NCBI GenBank assembly: GCA_964393975.1 | Contig: CAYMVO010000004.1 | Span: 4,101 to 68,100 of the forward strand | Reading direction: 5' to 3' | From: an uncultured Lachnospiraceae bacterium | GTDB lineage: Bacteria > Bacillota > Clostridia > Christensenellales > UBA1242 | DNA: 64,000 nt | In this document: positions 57,741 to 64,000 of the stretch, piece by piece | Layout: every line of letters begins with the position of its first letter | Position numbering within the stretch: position 1 is the first letter of the stretch | Made by a program: the position numbers and the translations under genes | The notes under the pieces: generated by a model | The model's input: only the letters and a program-made list of their open reading frames with translations | What the model was told of the DNA's origin: nothing | Database searches by the model: none

Positions 57741-58535
57741 ATGAGAGAAAGTTTGAGATATTTGAGAATTGGTAATTATGCAAAACGTCAAGAATATACA
57801 AAGGTGGCAGATATTTTATATGGTGAACTTTTTCGTAAAGTTCGCAATCTTATGAGCGAAGATGAAAGAGTGAAAGAGATAAGCACCGAAATAGAAGAGA
57901 ATAATGAAACTTTTTTTGACAAAGAAAGAGAATGGGCATTTCAAAGTAACTATGGTCCTAAGAGTGGTTCTGATGAAATTTATGCAGATTGGCGTTTTAA
58001 TCCAGAGCGTTATAACACCTATATAAGATATACTTGCCATTTTGACGATGTCCTTAGTGAGATTTTATCAAAAAAAGATAGACTTCAAAAAGGATTTCAT
58101 TTTCATAAAAAAGCCAAACTTGTTGAAGTAGATAATGAATTAGAACATGTATATAAGTCACAAGAATATTGGCTAAAGGTTAGAGAAAAAGAAGAAACAT
58201 TTAAAAAAATATGGCAAAAAGATGGGGAATTTTATGATATAAATAAAGATAAAATTCAAGAATTGATACAAATCAGCATTCCTTATATAGAAAAAACAGT
58301 CAAAGAGTGCTTGGATAATCACCCTGAATTTATGCTGTATGAGTTTGATACTTTTGATATTGACTCAGTTAGACACTTTTTACCAATTTCTAGTAAAAGT
58401 GATAATAAAGATATGTTTGACACATATTCACAAACGCTTACAGAAATAGTAAAAAATGAACAAGACTCTAGAGTTCTTGTAGCAGAACATAAAAACCAAA
58501 GAAGTGAACACAAACAAGAAGAAATGAGTAGATAA
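57741..58535 (+). CDS. hypothetical protein
   Basis: 264 aa; GAGAGG RBS; charged, helical-looking; no family recognised. Confidence 0.6.
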   Translation: MRESLRYLRIGNYAKRQEYTKVADILYGELFRKVRNLMSEDERVKEISTEIEENNETFFDKEREWAFQSNYGPKSGSDEIYADWRFNPERYNTYIRYTCHFDDVLSEILSKKDRLQKGFHFHKKAKLVEVDNELEHVYKSQEYWLKVREKEETFKKIWQKDGEFYDINKDKIQELIQISIPYIEKTVKECLDNHPEFMLYEFDTFDIDSVRHFLPISSKSDNKDMFDTYSQTLTEIVKNEQDSRVLVAEHKNQRSEHKQEEMSR

Positions 58536-58718
58536 ATCATAAAAAACCTTGCAAAATGTAGCAAATCTCATTTTCGCACCGCAAAAATAAAAACATTTTG
58601 ACGCAATTTCAGCACAAAAAAATTGCTCCTTTTGTAAGCACATACTCATCTATTAAAAATGTATTAGACTTGTATTTTACGATGTCTATAAACTCATTAT
58701 TTTAGCACATTTTACATA

Positions 58719-58745
58719 AAAACGCCTATTTTGAGGCGTTTTTTC
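58719..58745 (+). terminator. intrinsic terminator about 190 nt after the 264-aa gene
   Basis: AACGCCT-attttg-AGGCGTT followed by T6. Confidence 0.85.
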
Positions 58746-58769
58746 ACAAAAGTCGTTCCACTTTCGTGC

Positions 58770-58796
58770 AAAACCACTTGCCTTTACCCTTTTTTT
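58770..58796 (+). repeat. 27-bp perfect direct repeat, left copy
   Basis: AAAACCACTTGCCTTTACCCTTTTTTT is identical to 60160-60186; lies 32 nt upstream of the ATPase start. Confidence 0.9.
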
Positions 58797-58806
58797 GTGA
58801 TATAGT
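58778..58806 (+). promoter_or_regulatory. putative promoter for ATPase copy 2 (partly inside the repeat)
   Basis: TTGCCT-17 nt-TATAGT. Confidence 0.4.
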
Positions 58807-58827
58807 ACTATTGAATGGAGGCGATTT

Positions 58828-60126
58828 ATGAAAAGATTGATTGAAAAACAATTATTAAATTGGAAAAATAGTTTTGACAGAAAACCACTTTTAGTATATG
58901 GTGCTAGACAAGTCGGCAAGACTTACTCTATAGTTGAGTTTGGAAAAAACAATTACACAAACATTGTTTATTTCAACTTTGAGGGCAACACCTCTTTGAG
59001 TGATATTTTTCTTAAAGACTTGGAACCTACACAAATCATCACATCATTAGAGGCTTTATCAGGGCAAAAGATTTACAAGGGGGACACTTTGATAATATTT
59101 GATGAAGTTCAAGAATGCGAAAGGGCATTGACTTCTTTAAAGTACTTTTATGAGAAGGAACCAAACTATCACATAATCTCCGCTGGTAGTCTACTAGGAC
59201 TCGCTATCAATCGTGGTAAATTTTCTTTTCCTGTCGGCAAAGTTAATATTATCACTATGTATCCATTAAACTTTGAAGAATTCCTTATGGCATTTGATAG
59301 ATATGATTTGATTAGTCTTATTAGTGAGGCGTTTAAAAATAACACCCCTTTAGCAGAACCAATACATCAATTATGTTTAGATTTTTATCATCAATACCTA
59401 GCGATTGGTGGTATGCCCGCAGTGGTAAAAGCGTATCTTGACACAAAAGACTACGATTATGTCCGCATAGCACAAAGCGAAATCCAAAGCAACTATTACA
59501 GTGATATGACCAAATACACCGACCTAAAAGAAAGCAATAAAATAATTGCGACTTATCGCAGTATTCCTAGTCAACTCGCTAAAGAAAATCACAAATTTCA
59601 ATATTCTATTATTGGTAGCAACGCAAGAGCAAGAGATTATGAGACTGCTCTTGACTGGCTAAAGACTGCAGGTATTGTTTATAGTTGCAACAAAGTAAAA
59701 GAGGGTAATTATCCTATTAAAATATATGAAGATTTTACATCATACAAAATATATATGAGTGATGTAGGCTTACTCGCTTGTAGTCTAGATATGACCATTC
59801 AAAGTATATTGACTAATAATATCTCAAGTAACGCAAAAGGCGCTATCGCTGAAAATTATGTTATGCAACAACTAGTCTCTTTGCAATTAACACCTTATTA
59901 TTGGGAATCGAACGGCAAAGCGGAAGTAGATTTTGTCATTCAACTAGACTCAAATGTTATACCTATTGAGTGTAAATATGCAGATAATGTACAAGCAAAA
60001 AGTTTGAAAATCTACACACAAAAATACAACCCCAAATATACCGTGCGTGTATCAAGCAAAAATTTTGGTTTTGAAAACAATATAAAATCAATTCCTTTAT
60101 ACGCAATATTTTGCTTGAACAAATAA
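58828..60126 (+). CDS. AAA ATPase of the AAA_14/DUF4143 type (COG1373-like), copy 2
   Basis: 432 aa; Walker A GARQVGKT, Walker B LIIFDEVQ; GGAGG RBS; C-terminal EVDFVI...IPIECKY resembles a PD-(D/E)xK-like module. Confidence 0.7.
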   Translation: MKRLIEKQLLNWKNSFDRKPLLVYGARQVGKTYSIVEFGKNNYTNIVYFNFEGNTSLSDIFLKDLEPTQIITSLEALSGQKIYKGDTLIIFDEVQECERALTSLKYFYEKEPNYHIISAGSLLGLAINRGKFSFPVGKVNIITMYPLNFEEFLMAFDRYDLISLISEAFKNNTPLAEPIHQLCLDFYHQYLAIGGMPAVVKAYLDTKDYDYVRIAQSEIQSNYYSDMTKYTDLKESNKIIATYRSIPSQLAKENHKFQYSIIGSNARARDYETALDWLKTAGIVYSCNKVKEGNYPIKIYEDFTSYKIYMSDVGLLACSLDMTIQSILTNNISSNAKGAIAENYVMQQLVSLQLTPYYWESNGKAEVDFVIQLDSNVIPIECKYADNVQAKSLKIYTQKYNPKYTVRVSSKNFGFENNIKSIPLYAIFCLNK

Positions 60127-60159
60127 TTTTATAACACCCATACATTACTAATCTTTTAT

Positions 60160-60186
60160 AAAACCACTTGCCTTTACCCTTTTTTT
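60160..60186 (+). repeat. 27-bp perfect direct repeat, right copy
   Basis: Identical to 58770-58796; starts 34 nt after the ATPase stop. Confidence 0.9.
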
Positions 60187-60213
60187 ATTGCTTACTAATA
60201 TATAAATAGCTGG

Positions 60214-60915
60214 TTAGTTTATAAAATTTTTTAAAGATGTTTCAAATGAGGCGTCTTTTTTAGATAAAATCAAGTCGATTTTACCTGCTCCGCAAAACGA
60301 GTCATCCAAAAAGGTACTCACCCTTTTTGCGACGCCGAATTTATTTTCTAGCCAAGTCACCTCGCCGTTAAGCGTAGAGGTAATTTGTTTTTTTATAAAG
60401 CTATAATGCGTGCAACCTAAAATGATGTTTTTAAACCCGCTAAGACCATTCAATTTGTCTCTTAAATAAGTAATTGTGATATCAAGGTTGTTAAGATTTT
60501 TATCAATCAATGTAGATAGTCCGTCCATAGGCAAAATAGTTATGTTTTTGTTTCCTTTTAAAACCTTGCACCATTTAGCAGTAAACGGTGTACATAGCGC
60601 GAGTGCTGGCTCATTTACCTTTACGTTTGGCTCAGTGCCGACAATAGGAACGCCAATCTTCGCCCTCAAAAAATCTATACATCCAACGGTCAAAGTGTTA
60701 CACGCTAGCACAATCAGTCCTATATCGTATTTATTCAAAAAAGTTATAATATTTTTGTATGTGACATCACACAAAAAGTCCTTATCCTTATCACCAAACG
60801 GTGCGTTTTTATTGTCAACAAACACCAAAATGTCCACATTTTTATTTGATTTTCTGATTTCATTTAGTACGCTTATAGCACCGACACCGCTATCTATCAA
60901 AAGTATCTTTTTCAT
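60214..60915 (-). CDS. murI: glutamate racemase (short form)
   Basis: 233 aa; IDSGVGAISV, LACNTLT, GCTHYSF. Confidence 0.85.
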   Translation of the reverse strand: MKKILLIDSGVGAISVLNEIRKSNKNVDILVFVDNKNAPFGDKDKDFLCDVTYKNIITFLNKYDIGLIVLACNTLTVGCIDFLRAKIGVPIVGTEPNVKVNEPALALCTPFTAKWCKVLKGNKNITILPMDGLSTLIDKNLNNLDITITYLRDKLNGLSGFKNIILGCTHYSFIKKQITSTLNGEVTWLENKFGVAKRVSTFLDDSFCGAGKIDLILSKKDASFETSLKNFIN

Positions 60916-60948
60916 AAAATTATATATGAAAATCGCCCTTTAAACGTG

Positions 60949-61806
60949 TCATTTCAATACTGCTTTTTGCATTTCAATATCCACCCCCAAGACCGCAAGA
61001 TTTATGCTAGACGCAATGATTTCAGCGTTTAATCTCACCAAAGAGTCTATATCTTTCGGCGTTACTAAAAAGTTATTTATATTTTTTATAATTGATTGAT
61101 TGTGCAATTCGCTTTGCTCACTTAATGTTTTTAGCACATCCGATACAATCGTCTCAGTCTTCACCACTAGCGGTACACCGATAGTAATAGTTTTCACACC
61201 TAAATATTTGGAGTCTATCAGCGTTTTACCCTCACCCACTCCCCCGCCAGCAATTAGCCCCAAGTCGCATATCTGGATAGACACGCCTAGTCTCGCCGTA
61301 CTAAGCGCGCATAGCGAGTCCACCAAAATGACTAGGTCAGGTCGGACGCTTGCTGTAACGCTTTTGATAAGTCTTGCACTATCAATACCCGTCTGTCCAA
61401 ACACATTAGGACAAAATGATAATATTTTATGCCCGCACTCCACCGCTTGTCCTACGATTAATTTTGAGGTCACCCGCGCGCCCAAACTATCGCACACAAG
61501 ATTTTGATTGCCGAGTCCCACCACCAAGATAGTATTTGGTTTATTTAAATTTATTTTTTTGCCGATAGTGGTTTTTAAATATGACGCTACTAGCGTAATC
61601 ATATAATCACTTACAATAGGTGATAAAAGATTTAGATTTGGACATTCCAAAAAATAATAATTCCCACGATTTAACCCGTACTTTTGTTGCTTTCGTGTCG
61701 AATTGATATTTACTACGACCTCCTTACAACCATATTTGAGTTTATCATTGTGTTTTGCTAGTTTGTCCGTGCATTTTTCGCACGCCAAATCAGTAAATAA
61801 CCCCAT
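60949..61806 (-). CDS. gpr: germination protease GPR (peptidase A25)
   Basis: 285 aa; TDLACE, VGLGNQNLVCDSLG, LVILVDSL; conserved divergent position next to rpsT. Confidence 0.8.
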   Translation of the reverse strand: MGLFTDLACEKCTDKLAKHNDKLKYGCKEVVVNINSTRKQQKYGLNRGNYYFLECPNLNLLSPIVSDYMITLVASYLKTTIGKKINLNKPNTILVVGLGNQNLVCDSLGARVTSKLIVGQAVECGHKILSFCPNVFGQTGIDSARLIKSVTASVRPDLVILVDSLCALSTARLGVSIQICDLGLIAGGGVGEGKTLIDSKYLGVKTITIGVPLVVKTETIVSDVLKTLSEQSELHNQSIIKNINNFLVTPKDIDSLVRLNAEIIASSINLAVLGVDIEMQKAVLK

Positions 61807-61863
61807 AAAACCACTTCCTTTTACATTTTTTCAAAATTATTGTGTGTAAATCGCAAAAAAATA

Positions 61864-61892
61864 TTGCATTTTTTTAAATAATATGATAGACT
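61864..61892 (+). promoter_or_regulatory. sigma-A-type promoter for rpsT
   Basis: TTGCAT-17 nt-TAGACT with an A-rich upstream element. Confidence 0.45.
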
Positions 61893-61933
61893 AATCTAGT
61901 ATAAAAATTAAAAAATTACACAAGGAGAATAAA

Positions 61934-62197
61934 ATGCCTAATATCAAATCAGCAATCAAGAGAGTTGATGTTACTAGCAAGAAGACTCTTGAGAACAAAA
62001 TGATCAAGAGCGAAATCGCTACTATGAGCAAAAAACTAAAAGCATTAGTTGCTAACGGCGAGATTGAGTCAGCAAAAGCACTTCTTCCAGAAGTTATTTC
62101 ATTGATCGACTCAGCACAAAGCAAAGGTACTTTGCACGCTAACAACGCTAGTAGAAAAGTATCAAAATTGACTCTTTTAGTTAATAACGCAAAGTAA
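61934..62197 (+). CDS. rpsT: 30S ribosomal protein S20
   Basis: 87 aa; MPNIKSAIKRV start; AAGGAG RBS. Confidence 0.95.
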   Translation: MPNIKSAIKRVDVTSKKTLENKMIKSEIATMSKKLKALVANGEIESAKALLPEVISLIDSAQSKGTLHANNASRKVSKLTLLVNNAK

Positions 62198-62203
62198 CTA
62201 AAA

Positions 62204-62236
62204 CGGCTAAGGGTTTCACCCCTTAGTCTTTTTTTG
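62204..62236 (+). terminator. intrinsic terminator after rpsT
   Basis: CTAAGGG-tttcac-CCCTTAG followed by TCTTTTTTT. Confidence 0.8.
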
Positions 62237-62449
62237 TATTTTTATATCAATATTATATTAGTAAACTCATTAAAATCGGGTAGCTTTTACGCCTCCTCAC
62301 CTAAAAATTTTGTAAAAGCGGGTAGATATAAGTCCTTACACTTAAAGACTTTAGTGATTTAGATACTTTTTAAGTATTAGCACCAAAAAAACTTTGATAG
62401 CTTAACGTTTACAAAAAAGTCATTGCCAAATATAGCAACAACTTTTTCA

Positions 62450-63748
62450 TTATTTATTTAAAACAAAATCAACCGCATCACTCAAACTTTTTGCACTATA
62501 AGTACACGGCATCTTGACCTCGTCCAACTCCGCATTTGGTACGCGAATTTGCGTAATCTTTGCATTTTTACCCGTCATAATATCCGTATTGCTATCACCG
62601 ATTATAACGCATTTTGAAAGGTCGAGATTGTAATCTTCTACTGCTTTTAATAGCATTCCAATTTTAGGTTTACGGCACTCGCAATCAAACTTTAGCTCTT
62701 TGACTTCGCCCTCAAACCCGCTACGTTGATGATGTGGACAATAATACACTCCGTCCACAAAAGCACCACACTCACCTAGCAGAGTCTCCATTTTATTCAT
62801 AATGGTATCTTGCATTTCAAAACTACACTCACCTCTTGCTATCACAGGTTGATTGCTCACGACAATAGCAAGGTATTCGCTCTTATTCAATCTCTTTAGA
62901 CTATCCGCGACATCATCGATTAGTTTGAATTGTTTTTCATCTCTTAAGTATCCTACATACTCATTAATCACGCCGTCTCTATCCAAAAAAACCGCTTTTT
63001 GCTTATTCTTTAGACACTTTTTCATAGGAAGCTCGTTATCAATATCTTTTCCCGCCGAATAATATCTCTCAGCTGTACCGACGTCTCTAATATATTCAGG
63101 TGTTTTATAGGCGTAGACTCTTTCGCCGTCTTCAATCAGTTTGCGGATAAAATCATTCTCCATAGAGACGTTTTTAATTGTGTCAAAATAATATAGCGCC
63201 TTAGGATTTATGATAAAAAACCCCGCATTGACATTGTTTTTGTAATAAAAATCACGCACCGTGCCCTTTTTATTTATCTCTAGCACTCTATTTTCCTTGT
63301 CGGTCATTATCAAATCGCTATCATAAGGATGCGAATTTGGATGCGTTAGAAGAGTCGCTATAGCGTTATGTTTTTTGTGAAAATCTAACATTCTAGCAAT
63401 ATCTATCTCAAACAGCGCATCACCATTACACACGACAAAATCACTATCCATTTTGTCTTTTACATAGAAAAGCGCGCCACCCGAACCTAGTGGCTCATCC
63501 TCCGCAATATAATTAATTTTAACGCCAAAACGCTCACCCTCGCCAAAATACTCAATGATTTTTTCTTTCATATAACCGACCGAAATATACACTTCGTCCA
63601 CGCCATTTGACCTAAGGCTCTCAATAGTGTATTGAAGAAGAGGTTTCCCCTTTAACATCACCATAGGTTTTGGTAGCAAATCTTTTGTAATATCTCTTAG
63701 GCGTGTACCCTTACCGCCCGCTATTATAAATGCTTTTAATCTACTCAT
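62450..63748 (-). CDS. bifunctional sugar-1-phosphate nucleotidyltransferase (HddC-like) / D,D-heptose 1,7-bisphosphate phosphatase (GmhB-like)
   Basis: Start set at MSRLKAFIIAGGKGTRL (ATG 63748). N-terminal GGKGTRL...PKPMV nucleotidyltransferase; C-terminal HAD phosphatase FLDRDGVIN, SNQP, CPHH...CECRKP, GDSNTD. Confidence 0.75.
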   Translation of the reverse strand: MSRLKAFIIAGGKGTRLRDITKDLLPKPMVMLKGKPLLQYTIESLRSNGVDEVYISVGYMKEKIIEYFGEGERFGVKINYIAEDEPLGSGGALFYVKDKMDSDFVVCNGDALFEIDIARMLDFHKKHNAIATLLTHPNSHPYDSDLIMTDKENRVLEINKKGTVRDFYYKNNVNAGFFIINPKALYYFDTIKNVSMENDFIRKLIEDGERVYAYKTPEYIRDVGTAERYYSAGKDIDNELPMKKCLKNKQKAVFLDRDGVINEYVGYLRDEKQFKLIDDVADSLKRLNKSEYLAIVVSNQPVIARGECSFEMQDTIMNKMETLLGECGAFVDGVYYCPHHQRSGFEGEVKELKFDCECRKPKIGMLLKAVEDYNLDLSKCVIIGDSNTDIMTGKNAKITQIRVPNAELDEVKMPCTYSAKSLSDAVDFVLNK

Positions 63749-64000
63749 TTTATCACCCAACTCTCCGCGCCAGTCTCAGTAAACTTTACAGGATACACCT
63801 TCCCTGGTAAAGTCTGCATCGCGTCAATCAATCTTTGTCTATCAATAGGATCAGCATAAAGCATCAAAAACCCACCACCGCCAGCGCCCGATACTTTGAC
63901 CGCGCTAGCACCATTTGCGATAGCAAAATTGATAGTATCGTCTAGCTCTTTATTGCTAATGATTGAGGAAGTCTTTTTCTTATTTTCCCAAGTCTCCCTC
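63745..64000 (-). CDS. GHMP-family sugar kinase, C-terminal part (5' end off window), HddA-like
   Basis: Not in ORF track (partial). Hand translation ...NGASAVKVSGAGGGGFLMLYADPIDRQRLIDAMQTLPGKVYPVKFTETGAESWVIK; TGA overlaps the next ATG (ATGA at 63745-63748). Confidence 0.6.
   Translation of the reverse strand, partial: RETWENKKKTSSIISNKELDDTINFAIANGASAVKVSGAGGGGFLMLYADPIDRQRLIDAMQTLPGKVYPVKFTETGAESWVIK

Noticed and set aside
60476-61507. 155-aa and 135-aa plus-strand ORFs
   Set aside because: These are antisense to murI and gpr respectively. The same reasoning applies to 47793..48227 (in uvrB), 31034..31516 and 32132..32488 (in the mreB-like and ppx genes), and 37426..37820 (in ffh).

Overview
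AT-rich (about one-third G+C by eye) chromosomal segment from a low-GC Gram-positive bacterium. It looks like a spore-forming, Clostridia-like Firmicute: gpr germination protease next to rpsT, a NodB deacetylase and a SPOR protein. The genetic code is standard, because prfB carries the classic CTT-TGA-C +1 frameshift.

I call about 65 protein genes (roughly four fifths on the minus strand), one tRNA-Glu(CUC), an L10 leader, and many sigma-A-type promoters and intrinsic terminators.

The backbone is core housekeeping: tex, groES-groEL, ndk, rpsF-ssb-rpsR, gyrB-gyrA, prfB-tsaD, ylxM-ffh-rpsP, rimM-trmD-rbgA-yraN, mnmG, uvrB, ppa, rpiB, rplJ-rplL, dtd, pdp, murI, gpr, rpsT, and a heptose-nucleotide module at the right edge.

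The stand-out is at 19.2-23.6 kb: a split HipA-type kinase locus.
- A 108-aa HipS-like (HipA N-subdomain) ORF is translationally coupled through an ATGA overlap to a HipT-like kinase.
- No HipB-like HTH gene is present.
- Two further catalytically intact solo paralogues of the kinase bracket a TVP38 membrane gene.

Other accessory items:
- Two DUF4143-type AAA ATPase single-gene cassettes. One is bracketed by a perfect 27-bp direct repeat. The other is inserted inside the ffh-rpsP/rimM-trmD operon under a consensus promoter overlaid by four TGAAACATTT half-sites.
- A tRNA-Glu-proximal islet with repeated flank sequence, a trypsin-like protease plus decayed protease relics, and a homopolymer-frameshifted ORF.
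- An orphan consensus promoter driving a ~125-nt structured transcript or tiny hydrophobic ORF.
- An 820-bp coding desert containing an amber-interrupted ORF and a possible transposase tail.

No CRISPR array, rRNA or intact mobile element was seen. All family assignments come from motif recognition by eye and need profile searches.
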